NCBI GenBank assembly: GCA_964106645.2
Contig: OZ067050.1
Length of the DNA: 64,000 nucleotides
Source of the DNA: Podarcis pityusensis
Taxonomy: Eukaryota
Reading direction: 5' to 3' (one strand)
Below, one piece after another: positions 1 to 13,300 of the stretch (positions are counted from its first letter, which is position 1; the number at the start of each line of letters is the position of its first letter). Both the position numbers and the translations under genes were made by a program. Below the pieces are notes generated by a model. The model searched no databases. It saw only the letters and a program-made list of their open reading frames with translations, and was not told the DNA's origin.

Positions 1-516
1 TCATCTCCTGATGGTCTCTGCTGACTCTCCAGAGAGAAGGAGGCGTGTCCTGCCTATCTACTTTTTCTGCCCAGCAACATATCTGTGTGTGTGAGAGAGA
101 GAGTCAGTCAGTCAGTGTATCGGAGAGAGTGAGAGTGTTAGAGATCCTAGAGATAAGATTGCTGCTAAGAGCAGCTGCAGACTCTCAGTGTAGCATTGAT
201 TTATGCTTAGAATATTCAGCTCTGTATATAGTTTTGTATCATAGTTGTAGTTATAGGATAAAAGGAAGATATTTTACAGAGCTGCTCTCCGAGTGGTTTA
301 TACTCTGCAAGACTCTGCAAAACTCTGCTGCGCAACGACTGTATTATTGAGACAGTGAATCCGGTGCTCTCAGCTCTAAGCTGTGAGTCCACAGCACTGT
401 GACCTGTTTCAGTGAGAAAGGAGGTCTCTGGCGGTGCTACCCAGCTCGCCCAGCCCAGTCGGGGTTGAGGTGCATGAGTCCAGTTGGTGCACTGGCTCTC
501 TAGGGCGATGCTGACA
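1..516. mobile_element. Probable LTR-type insertion in gene A intron 3 (left end outside the window)
   Basis: No counterpart in paralogous introns; ends ..gatgctgACA where similarity to gene B intron 3 resumes; internal (GA)/(GT) tracts. TSD cannot be checked. Confidence 0.4.
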
Positions 517-562
517 GCAACGTCTACTATGTAATAAGCATGCTTAATTGCAGAGCCATTAC

Positions 563-3500
563 CTGCCAAGGCTGGATATCTTGAAGGTCAAATCTTCTGC
601 TACCCGCCATTGCTCTGTGCTTGGATCTAGTTGAGTAAATTGCATGCAAAGAATGAGCAACAGCATGGACAGCATTATAGATACTGTAGCTGTGGCCAGT
701 CATGTCCATTTCAAAAAGTTGCCTAGGAAGACTATCGAGCCTCTCATCTCCACCACATGTCCCATTGACCTGCAACGTCATGTTTATATCTGGAAATGAA
801 CAGTCAAATGCTTGCTCCCAGAAATCCTTGAGGAAACCATCTCCTTTGTTCCAGCCAGGTTTTATTTTCTGAATAAATCCCTCAAATTCTGGAAGCTCTT
901 TTGTGTGAATGGTGAAGGAAATGGCACCTTGGAAGAGCTGAAACCCCCAGTTTCTTTGCATGCCCGTTGCTAGGAAATCAGTCTGAGTAGTCATAATCCA
1001 TACTTTTGTAAATGAAGACATCTCTTCATTTCCAGGAGTTGTACCTGAATGTAGAGTTATACATGCTGTCAGCCATGCTATTGCCATGGACTGCCCATTG
1101 ATTATATATACATTGGTTCCATCATCTGTGAAAGATGCATTGATATTTGAGAACACATGAAAAATTTCATCAAGTTCATCCCAGTGGCCTTGTGGTGGAA
1201 GCCTTAGTGTGAAAGCAGAACAGATTCCGTGCTGGGGAAACAATGCTTCCAGAGTCTGCAAGAAATGTTCTCCACTGCCATCATCCAAAACAATGAGCCC
1301 TACCCATGTCCATCTGAAATGTAGAAGCAAGTGAACAATCCCATTGTACTGATGAGCTAAATTTGGAACCATGTGGTAAAACGATCGATATTGTGTTTTT
1401 CCCCTGTCCTCTACAGTAAATGAGCCATAAGTGAGCTATAAAGTAATGCACACATTTCATTTGTTAGTCGTAGTAGTAACTGAAAACCTACTCTCAGAAT
1501 TACAAAAGAAGAGTGCAGCCTGTGAATGTCTCCCCATCCTCATGCACATATCTTACCTGTGGAATCTTGTAGCGATCTAGAATTTCTGCCATAAAAGAAG
1601 AGGTATCAAAGCCAAGTCCACCAATGACAGCTATGAGGTTTCTCTGGGTGTCACATTTGTAGTTGGGGGCAAATCTATGTGATTTGAAGAGCAGATCTAG
1701 AGTTGTCCGATAGGTCATCCTTGGATTGGAGTAGCTGTCATGGATGTGGAATCCCAATGTGACATTGGTCAAGACATTGGGGTTCTTGTTGATCTCATTG
1801 ATGGTGTACGCCAAGGCCAGGGCATGTTGGTAGAACTTGGTCACCACACTGCCAGTAAAGATAAATGACTATTTCAGAGGATAATTCTTCAAATGAATGA
1901 ATTTCTTCTTCCTTTATTTATTTCAACCATTCATATATCGATTAACACCACAGTTTCTAAGCTATGTACAAAAGGGTTACAAAGGGGACATGATAGGAAT
2001 AAAATCAGTTGAAATTAGACACACATGCACATACACACAATAAAAATTCCATATTGTGGGTAGGTTTACAATAGTTCCCACTTTGCCTTTAGCAAAACAA
2101 TTCACAACACTAGTGGTCCCAAATTTATTTCAGAATTGTGTTCAGAAGAAGTGGAAGAAGCAGCAGCAGCTGTAGTGTGGCTATACTTTCTGTGAGTTGT
2201 TGTTTTCTCATTCACCATTCCCACTTAGAGTTTAAAATTGGAAACAAAGAATCAAATGTCAATAACAGGTGCTGGGGTGGGATATGGGTTTCAAAGGAAG
2301 TGGTGGGGCATTGGTAGTATATGTAGACAGATGGAAATAAGCTGGGGAAAGCTGGGCATAAGTTTCATAGGAAAAGCATAGAAAGTGCAATGCTGAATGT
2401 TTGATCCGAGCGCGGAAAAGTAAGATTATGTCCGATATTGTCAACCCCCACCAATGTATGCCACATATAATTAGAGGAGTGCCCCAAATGGTTCCACAAG
2501 CTTGGGGGTCTATTCACCCTCCCCCCACCATGATTACATGTACCCATATTATGCCCATTCTGGGACGGTGGAGTATAATTTCGGATAATTTTCAGGAGTG
2601 AGGTTGATGGGTTGGCACTTAATTTACGTAATACCTCTATGAGGTGGCCGAGGGTTTTTCTTCTTTTACCATTTTAATTTAACAAGAAAATGGGACAGGT
2701 ATCAGGCTGCTCACACTAGTGTGAAGAATAACACAGTATCTCAACTTGCTGCAGCGTTTTCTGAAAAGCCAATGGGAGGATGTTACATCAGCATATCCAT
2801 CAACATGAATTCTTAGACATGCACTAGCTGGGAAGACTGAAGATGCCAGAAAATAACACAATGCTTTTAAAAGTTCAAACTATTCCCATCATTTGAAGTT
2901 GTGATGATGAATCCTCAGCACAACATATATGAACCAGACCATCGTCAGTATAGTGGTACCTTGGTTTGCATATGTTTTGGATTACAAACACATCATACCC
3001 GGAAGTGTGTGTCCTGGTTTGCAACCTTTTTTTGGATTACACCCCCCCCCCCTTTTTGGGATTATGAACAAAAATTTTTGGGAGGCCCCATTGGCAAAAG
3101 AGCGCCTTGGGTTACAACCTGTTTTGGTTTACAAATGGACCTCTGGAACGGATTACAAGTACAAGTACAAACTTTTCCGATTTTTTCACATGTTTACATT
3201 TTTTAAACACACTTGTTCAACCCTAACACAAGCTTTCATCGTTGTCCTATTTTTGAAAACCTAACAGCCAGCTCAAGAGTTTTCACATATATTTTTTGCA
3301 CTGTGGTCATTGTCAGCTATTGAGGATTTGCATAGTTTTGAATTCAATTGTGACACTACCCCCAACACTTCAATATTATTAGACCAATGGCTGCATTGCA
3401 TAAATATATATTTAATTACATGAAAATTGGATGCAAAATTAATCTAAGTGATATCCAGCTAAGTCTTACTTAGAATTAGACTCATTCAAATCAATTTACT

Positions 3501-3647
3501 TAACATCTCTGCCAATTTCAACAGGTCTATTCTGAATATGACTAACAAATCATATCACCATAAATAGCTCATTCCACACACGCTCCTTCAGTAAACAAAA
3601 AACAAAAAACCCTCTAACCCTTCCAAGCAGAAATAACTGATCATGGG

Positions 3648-3713
<66 letters not shown>

Positions 3714-4203
3714 TTGCAAAGGCAATTGAAATAGAAGAGTGATTTTGAATGCACCATTTGAACCCCGCAATTCAGAGGGTGGGTCAGAATGCCAACCCTA
3801 AACATTGAGAGGATGTATCTTTAGATGTGAGCATCATCTTTCAACTTGCTTCGTTATGCATGACAATGGTACATTTATGATGAGGAGAAAGCTAGCCTCT
3901 GATACATTCTTTCAACTTGTGGACCTAAACCCCTTGTTAGTTGTTTGACCAAACTCAGATGAAACAGAATGAACAGAATGCATACTCTGAAATCTCAAAG
4001 AGCTTCTGGGATGGGTGTTCCAGGAATAATAGTTCATCAGAAGTGTAAATGATCTGGGAAGTCATTCCACCGATGAGGAGGCCACCTGGCTGGTACCACT
4101 CACGTGGAATAGGGAAGGGATCAATTGCAGGGCACTTCATAATATCTATTTTGCATGCGTTTTCAGGCAACAGAAACAGGAGCACCATTAGCCACAACAT
4201 CAT
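563..4203 (-). CDS. V2R gene A, vomeronasal type-2 receptor, 5' part only (exons 1-3; exons 4-6 would lie left of the window)
   Basis: Exon1 4203-3986 (MMLWLMVLLFLLP signal peptide; [11 protein letters not shown]), exon2 1848-1557 (292 bp; [37 protein letters not shown]), exon3 1435-563 ([44 protein letters not shown]). All junctions GT-AG and in phase. Venus-flytrap domain of class C GPCR/V2R type. Confidence 0.9.
2950..3160. mobile_element. Partial Tigger-like MITE
   Basis: Starts ta-tagtggtaccttggttt and contains ggacctctggaacg as in the 22020/42260 family; right TIR not seen. Confidence 0.55.
3652..3712. repeat. Compound (CT)n(GT)n microsatellite
   Basis: Read directly. Confidence 0.95.
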
Positions 4204-4409
4204 GGCAACAAAGTTTTGCTTTTATTTCACACTCTCCTATACCTTGTCTACAACAACATTGTGGCTTAAAGATGCTGAACAAACTGCATATTTGCTTCAT
4301 GAAAGGAAACTCCCCAGGCTTACTTTCAGCGTCCAGAGAGTTACAAATACTCACAGAGAAGGCCAACGCTCTGCTTTGAAGCCTTAACTAATCACACAGA
4401 CAGTCAGCA

Positions 4410-4560
4410 ATGAAATTGACAGAGCCCTGCCAGGTTCAGGTGTCCAATGGCACAAATATTGATTTATGACAACTTTTTGCTTATTGATGTTCATGCTTGA
4501 AAGAAAACCCTGGAGGTTTTGCCAGATGAATAAATGGATAATTGCAGGGTAAGATAATTA
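4410..4560 (-). promoter_or_regulatory. Conserved upstream cassette of gene A (putative V2R promoter)
   Basis: gaaattgacagagccctgccag and ccctggaggttttgccagatg..gataattgcagggtaagataat, shared with the other paralogues. Confidence 0.55.
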
Positions 4561-5581
4561 TATCTGTAGCACTGAGCTTTTAATAGCAAACATGTTGGTC
4601 CTTCTCCAACCCCCAGTCCTACCACTTCTACTCCATGATGGGTCAAGGAATGAGTTTTAAGCTGAGCAAATACCAAGAGGAAAGTGGGGGTCTGAGGCAG
4701 GGGTGGACTTTCAGGTGTTATTGAACTATATATTCCATTCTCATTGATAGGCCATTGGTTATGCTGGCTGGTTTATGTTGGAAATGAGTGTTCAACACCC
4801 CAAGGGTCACAGGTGGTGAAATAAGGGTGGCTGTTGTTGTTTTTTTTTGTTGTTGTTGGGGAGGGTAACATGATTAAATTTGAAAAACCCTTGCTGATGA
4901 CTTAAAAAATAATAATCTTACCCCTGGGAAATTTAAGAAGTTTGCCGTTCCATCTCAAATTAGTGTTTGAGATCTAAGATATGACTGTACTAGTTGTTGG
5001 GAATGGCAGGAGTGATGTTTGCAAGCTGCCCCATAGGCACCTAATTAGCCACTGTAAGAAAAACATGGTGGAATAGATGGGCTGCTGGCTGATCCAAAAA
5101 ATTATTCTTATGTTCTGAGTCTGAGCCCAACCAATAATTTAATGACGTGATGTGGTCATAGTGCTCCACATCATAGTGCTCCAAACCTCTCTGGTATTAG
5201 CTAGTGATGGAGGAAGCATAATGCGACAGAGTTCAGTCACAATGTTCTCACTAGACCACCACTGGCAAACGGTAAAGTGGAGGAGGAAATCACTGAAGCA
5301 AATAATGCCAGCACAATTTATTGAGAAATATTAGGAGGATAAGAATGTGTGGCAGCTCCGTATCAACACAGTGCCCAGTTGGGTCATGACTACCATATTT
5401 GGGGATGGGACAGAAAGAGCAGGGAATAAAGTTCCCCTTTACTGTTTGGCTTTGCTCACTTGTGTGAGTCATTAGAAGGAAATGCTGCTTTCAAAATTAT
5501 TTTAGAGGACCTGGTCTCCATGACCCAGCTGCACAGACATTCCCTACCCTCATTCATCCATTCTCTACATCACCATTCCAC

Positions 5582-5582
<1 letters not shown>

Positions 5583-5626
<44 letters not shown>

Positions 5627-5960
5627 ATTTCTTGTACTCCACCCATCTCAGTGGGTTGCCCCAGCCACTCTGGGCAGCTTTCAACAGAATATAGAAAACC
5701 CCCCCACACATGATTCATCATACATTAAAAGCTTCCCAATACAGGGCTGCCTTCAGATGTCTGCAGTCGATCACATAATTGCTTATCTCTTTGACATCGG
5801 ATGGGAGGGTGTTCCATAGGGTGTGCACCACTACTGAAAAGGCATTCTGCTTGATTCCCTGTAACTTCACTTTTTGCAATGAAGGAACTACCAAAAGGCT
5901 TTCAGAGCTGGACCTCACCGTCAGCACTATATGACAGAGGTAGAGATGCTCCTTCACACG
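5583..5960 (-). mobile_element. L2 3' fragment with microsatellite tail
   Basis: ORF 5718-5957 (LQGIKQNAFSVVVHTLWNTLPSDVKEI..RHLKAALYWEAFNV) matches the C-terminus of the 26.9-29.2 kb L2; (ATT)n at 5583-5624. Confidence 0.85.
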
Positions 5961-6241
5961 TACAGAGCATCCTACCCCTTAATTTGATAGCATATTATAT
6001 TAATCATCTTATAATATATAATATATTGTAAACAGGGTTCCTGTAACACAAAACACTACAGTGCATCATTAATTCATACATTTAAATTTCAATCATAGGC
6101 AGTAGGTAATATGGGTTGATAGGTAAATGGAGCAGCAAAAGAAACTTGATGGGGAGACATGTATATAAACAATGATCTATAATTAGCTTTGATGTATAAC
6201 AACCTTACACCTACTAGCTAAATTAATTGGAGACAGATTAT

Positions 6242-9200
6242 TTAATTCTTTGTCCTAATTAGTTGGTCTCTGCTGTTCAACTCTGGCCTGAACACAATGA
6301 TGTAGTATTTAGGGGAAAATATACAACCCAGTAACCCAGCACTGGAGGCCAAGATGGAGAAGATCTCCACAGCAACCATCTGTTTACCTCTTGAGCTAAG
6401 GTATGTTGGAACAAAGGACAACCAAACACTGCAAAATGCAAGTATGCTGAAGGTAATGAATTTGGCCTCATTAAAACTATCAGGTAATTTCCGGGCTAGA
6501 AAAGCCACAATGAAGCTGATGATGGCTAAGAAGCCCATATAGCCCAGGACACAATAAAACATGGCAACTGACCCGTCATTACATTGTACAATGATTTCTC
6601 CAGCTACCGAGTGCATGTCTAAATCAGGGAATGGGGGAGAGGTTCCAAGCCACCCAATACAAATACTTGCTTGAATAAGGGAACATGAAAGGACAATGGC
6701 TTGACCCAATCCTTTGCCTACCCACTTCATCAACCTGGAGCCTGGCTTTGTGGCTAAGAAAACAAGAACCACGGTGATGGTTTTGGCCAACACACAAGAA
6801 ACAGCCACTGAGAAGATGATGCCAAAAGTGGGTTGACGGAGAAGGCAGGTCACTTTTCCAGGTTGTCCAAGGAATAGCAAAGAAGAGAGGAAGCAGAGCA
6901 GGAGGGAGACGAGGAGAGTATAGGTGAGGCCTCGGTTGTTGGCTTTGACAATGGGAGTATCTTTGTGCTTAATAAAAGTTCCTAGTACCAAAGTTGTGAT
7001 TAGGGAAAAGGCTAGGGCAACTGAGGCTAAACTGATCCCTAAAGGTTCCTCATAAGAAAGGAAGTTTCTAGATTTGGGGATGCAGCCATCTCTGTAATTG
7101 TTTGGATATTGATCTTCTGGGCATTTGAAGCAGTCAACCATATCTGAAAAAAAAATAGAAAAAGTCAATTTCAGTGTCAATCCATGTTTAATTTGGGGAA
7201 GTATTACGTTGCCTGAAACACATTTGTTTCTGTAGGTGGTCATATAAAAATGAATTTAATAGTCTCTTTATCCAACTGATTAGTTGAGTGTGAAGTGTGT
7301 CAGATGTGTGTGACAGTTTTAGAGAAATGAGTTCTCAAGGGAGAGTTAAAGCTTAACTTGTGTGAGAGCTGTGGATTTGTTAGGCAGGATGTGATTAGGA
7401 ATAGGACCAAAGGTATGAACACATGGTAAGACATGTAAACTATGCAAGCATAATTACTGAAAGAAATATTTCAAACGTATAGTTATTAACAGATATTTGT
7501 TTAATCAAACCACATCTCATAGTTGGCCAAGTTATCCAGGCTGTGAGTAAGTCAACTAGAAATATTTTGTCTAGTTGGCAGCATGGGGAAAACTATGGAA
7601 AGATGACTTAAAATTTACAGCATGTTATACGCTGAAAGAAAATTACCTGAAGATGATGTACCATTGGTACTTAACACCTAGTAAGTAAGCAAAAATGTAT
7701 AGGACTAACTCAAATGTATGTTGTAAATGTATGGAAAAAGAGGGCACCTTTGATCATATGTGGTGGAATGGTAAAAGAAAAAGAAATTCTGGGAAATGAT
7801 ATATAATGATCTTTTAAAAATGTTTAAAATAACATTTGTTAAAAGACCAGAAGCCTTTCTCCTAGGAATTATAGGTGCAGATATACCGAAAGATTTGAGA
7901 AGACTTTTCATGTATGCAACTACAGCTTCAAGATTGCTGCTTGCCCAGAGTTGGAAAATCAGAAATCAGGAAGATCAAAGCTTCAATAGGGAATGGGACA
8001 AATATAGATTGTATTTAAAAGAACACTGTCATCATTTGAGTTCTTTGTCAGGCTGTCAGTAACTCTTGCAATGTTACAAAGACTTTGGATATCTTGGAGG
8101 ACCATAATGTGGAAGAACTAAAATATGCCATTGATTTAGATATATAAAGGACTCAGGAAGGGGAGAAGGGGAGTCCTAAGATTCGGAAAAAAATATTGTT
8201 TGATGTTAAAACTTAAATGCGGTAAATGTGAAATTTATTTTGTAAAATCAATAAAAAAGGAAAACAAGAAATATTAGTATCTATATGGTGGAAGGCAAAT
8301 AACAAGTTGGAAGCCTGAGGCATTGGCTTCCCAGACCAGGGAATCCTATAAGGCAAATGGGAACCAAAGCAGACAGAGAGAACATTTACCAAGCAAAAGA
8401 GATTTAAATAAAGTACCCTCTTATTCCTAAGTGGTGGGTTTGGGATATACCGGTATATGACATAAGGGCATCCCACAGTGCTTGGTCGATGATAGAAAAT
8501 ACTCATTTTCCTGTCCCAGCCATGTAATATTCTATAGGCTTGTGTGCTGTCGTGAGTTACATTTCATAACAATATGACCGCTTGGCCAAGTGGCCAAGTG
8601 GTTACATACATGTTGTGGGCAATTTATCACTGGTCATAGGACACAAAATCTGAATTAACCTTGGGGGATGGGAAAAATAGATTTCTACATCACCTACCAT
8701 TCTGTTTTGAAATCTTCCCTTCTGGGCATTGAACACAATCATAACAGCAAAATTTCCCCCCTTCCTTCTTTTTCTTCTGTTGACCAGGGTGGCAATGTTC
8801 ATTACACACAGAGACAGGCCGCACCTATCCAGGAAAAGGGGGTTGGATATCAGAAATACGTGCACACTTTGTCTGTAAAGCCATCCATACATCCATCGTT
8901 GGTTCACAGAAGCGTAGCACATCTGCTATGTTTTCCTATTAAGTAATACATAGACATATATTGTTCGACTATGGATCTACAGATCAAGAAGCTGAAGCAA
9001 TTACCATATGCCTAGAAACAGAGAATGTCAAATTGTGCTCACTGAGGAAAGATTATGTGGATTTTATCCAAAGCTCTACCATATTTAATAAAATGCTTAA
9101 TATTTATAATATATGCCAAAAAGATGGCTTTTAAAATAGGAAGAAAAATATTCATCACTTGGACATCACCTGAATGATTCATCTAGAGCAGTAGTTTTCA

Positions 9201-10267
9201 GCTTTTTCAGATTCATAACTCACCTTTATCCCACACATGTAATCCGGCACCCATTTCTTAATACCTACCATACTTTTATAGCATGATAGTGCTGCTGTTG
9301 TGACCCACCTTTGTTTAGACAATGACTAATGAGCTGACCCATCAGTAGAAGACTAATGATCTAGATCACAGAGCAGCTCCCAATAATACCCTAAAATTTC
9401 CACCTGGTTGAAACCTCTGTGCCACACAATTATATCTTCATTAAGAGTGAATCCATTTCCTTGAAGAGCATTGAGATCCTCCATTCTTCCAACTTTCACT
9501 CTCTGGAAGGATGTGTTTGGGAATATGATCATGTTCATTATTTCAAATCCACCACCCATTTCCTTCTTCCCGTTAAAGGACATAGTTTCTGCAGCCGAGT
9601 TGTTGAACGAAATGCTTTTAAGAATCAAATGGAGCTAATTGAAAGAGCAAAATAAATAAAGGGTTTTGAAACAAATGAGAAAGGGGCGGATACATTGTTT
9701 TGAACTTAAAAGTGTGCTTATGGGTAGTGGAATATATGGCATTGGAAATTTTAGAAGCCAAGTCAGGCAAACAGCAGTTATATGCATTTTCTGTTCTTAT
9801 CTGCTCCTCAAGAATGTAGTTTCTGGTTGTCTTTCCCACAATTTGTGATTGGGTCAACTAAATCAGTCCAAATAAAATGATTTCATTGCATAACTGTCAA
9901 CTTTTCCCTTTTCTTGTGAGGAATCCTATTGGGAATAAGGGAATTTCCCTTAAAAAGGGGAAAACGTTGACAGCTATGTTTCATTGTGATGGAAGAAGTT
10001 CAACTGTCCTGTATTACAGAAAGCTGAGTGGAGAGCGCTCATCTCTCCTACACCAGCCCTCATTAAAGTTCAGTGAACAGAGATCACTGTGGTCTATAGA
10101 AATTCCATTCCAGCCTAACTGTCCATCTGAGTGCCAGCCTTGAATGCTATGAGCACACAGGAAAGATTTGGAAATTTATGGTGAGCCCCCTATCCGGCTG
10201 ATATCTCTGCTTCAGGTGAAGGAGCTGCTCTTTAAATACTCCTTAAATGTGTGGGTGTGCCCCCCAA

Positions 10268-10312
<45 letters not shown>

Positions 10313-13300
10313 ATTTATATACCGTCTTATACCCGGGGGTCTTAGGGCAGTTCACAGAATATGCACTGATAGAATCTAATTATCAGACAAATAAAACTTT
10401 GACAATGAATAACCTCACAATTTCATCCCAACAATTATAAATAAATTGTTGTTGTTTGTTAGATTTTTATACCACCCTTCATTGAAAGATTTCAGGGTAG
10501 ATCACATGATAAAAATGCAAATAAATAGTTAAAACAAAAACAACAGAACAGTGCCCTCAAACACAACAACACATTTAAAACACTGTGGAATATTACTCTG
10601 CCAAAGGACTGGTTTAAGTGGAATGTTTTCACCCAGCACCTTAAGATATATAAAAAAGGTACATAACGAACTTCCCTGGAGAGAGCAATCCACAAATGAG
10701 GAGCCACTGCAGAAAAGGCCTGTTCTTCTGTTGCCACCCTCCATACTTCACATAGAGGAGGCACATGAAGAAGGGCCTCAGAGGGTGAATGCAGAGTCCA
10801 AGTTGGTTGATATGGGAACAGGCAGTCCTTGAGGTACTGCTGTCATTGTTGATTCATCTTGTAGCATTTTTGCTATGTAAGAAGCATGTTCAATAGAAGA
10901 GTCATTACCTGCCAAGGCTGGAAATCTTGAAGGTCAAATCTTCTGCTACCCACCATTGCTCTGTGCTTGGATCTAGTTGAGTAAATGGCATGCAAAGCAT
11001 GAGCAACGGCATAGACAGCATTATAGATACTGTAGCTGTGGCCAGTCATGCCCATTTCAAACAATTGCCTAGGAAGACTATCTATCCTCTCATCTCCACT
11101 GCACATCCCACTGTCGTGCACTGTCATGTCATCTGGAAATGAACAGTCAAATGCTTGCGCCCAGAAATCCTTGAGGAAACCATCTCCTTTGTTCCTGCCA
11201 GGTTTTATGCTCTGAATAAATTTCTCAAATTCTGGAAGCTCTTTTGTGCGAATGGTGAAAGAAATGGCACCTTGGAAGAGCTGAAACCCCCAGTTTCTTT
11301 GAATTCCTGTTGCTAAGAAATCAATCTGAGTAGTCATAATCCACACTTTTACAAATGATGGCATCTCTACATTTCCTGGGTTTTGCAGAGTTATGCATGC
11401 TCTCAGCCATGCTAATGTTAAGGACTCTCCATTGATGATGCAGACATTGGTTCCATAATCTTTGAAAAATATATGAATAATTGAGAATATATCCATAATT
11501 CCATCAAGGTCATCCCAGTGGGCTTGCGCTGGAAGCCTTAGTGTGAAAGCTGAACAGATTCCATGCTGGGAAAACAGTGCTTCCAGGGTCTGTAAGAATT
11601 TTTCTCCACTATCATCATCTGCAGCAAATAGGCCTACCCATGTCCATCCGAAATGTTGAAGCAAGTGGACAATCCCACTGTACTGATGGGCTTCATTTGG
11701 GACCATGCGGTAAAATGATTGAAACTGTGCCATCTCTTTGTCCTCTAGAGCAAATGAGCCATAAGTGAGCTATAAAGTAATATCCACATTTAATAGAGAA
11801 AACTTAGGTGCCATCCATGTGCATCACTATAAAACAAATATATGGTGAAAGACTTTGTAGCTTTGAAAAGATTTAAAGTCAATAACTCTTCTAGATGGTT
11901 TTTCTCAATTTATTGGCATGCAGTACAATTTTGGAGGGATTTTCCTTCTTGGCCGTATCCCTTCAGGAACTTTGCATTCAATTAAGGTTATTCATAGAAT
12001 CATATAAATTTGGAAGGTACCCCAAGGATCGTCTAGTTCAACCTCCTGTAATGCAGGGATCTCAACTAAAGCATCCATGAACATTAATTTCATTGGTTCT
12101 ACTCTGAGCAGGACTGTTATTTGTTACAAAACAGTATTTAGAAACATAAACCTATTCCNNNNNNNNNNNNNNNNNNNNNNNNNNNNNNNNNNNNNNNNNN
12201 NNNNNNNNNNNNNNNNNNNNNNNNNNNNNNNNNNNNNNNNNNNNNNNNNNNNNNNNNNNNNNNNNNNNNNNNNNNNNNNNNNNNNNNNNNNNNNNCAGCC
12301 AAAAAGTTATGAATTATGAACAGACTTATTGTTTACGCTCTTTGCTTATGCTATTCTTTTAATGAAAGATTTGAAAATGGTAATCCATGTGTTAACAAAT
12401 GTTTGCATAATTATATGCTACAATGCAGAGTGTGACAAAGTCACACGCTACAAGACTGAATTATTAATGTCTCTAGGCAAATACAGTTTAACTAAGCAAT
12501 AACAGACTAAAAACCAGTAATTTATTTATTGAAAAACTGAATTAATTTTATATGAATTGGTGTAGTCATTATTAACTTCATTTCAACACCAGGTAAAGTT
12601 AGACTCCTTATCTAGCAAGCAACTAGCAAGTTGAAATGTTACTGAGACTATTACTAATGCACAATAAAGACACAGCTTTACACATTATTAGGGGCTGTAT
12701 TAGGGCTTGTCCATGCCTCACCTCAGTGTGGATTGTGAACTCTATGTGCCTTCTTTAATTTCCTGTCACCCATGCAGTATTTTCTTCCAACTACTGCTGA
12801 CCCACACATTCTCCCCCCTAAATTTGGAAATTTCCCAGTGCAATTGATGTAGCTCTCCCGTTTGGATATTTAAAACATGGGTAATCTCATATGCCTCCTA
12901 ATTACGTACACACAGGCACACACACTAAAGAGCAACAACTTACTTTCATAATTACAAGAGAATAGTGTAGCTGGTGGATGTCTCCACACTCTCAGCTGCA
13001 TATCCTACCTGAGGAATCTTGTAGAGACCTAGACTTTCTGTCATGAGAAAAGAGGTATCGAAACCAAGTCCCCCAATGACAGCCATGAGGTTTTTCTGGG
13101 TGTCACATTTGTAGTTGGCGACAAATCTGTGTGACTTGAAGAGTAGGTCCAGAGTGCCACGATAGGTCATCCTTGGATTGGAGTAGCTGTCAAGGATGTG
13201 GAATCCAAGTGTGACATTCGTCAGGATGTTGGGGTTCTTGTTGATCTCGTTGATGGTGTATGCCAAGGCCAGGGCATGCTGGTAGAACTTGATCACCCAA

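Noticed and set aside
7270-8480. Possible LTR-type element around the L1 fragment in gene B intron 5 (similar candidates near 43650-43920 and 55090-55445)
   Set aside because: Looks inserted relative to paralogues, but I could not define termini or a TSD, so it is not annotated.
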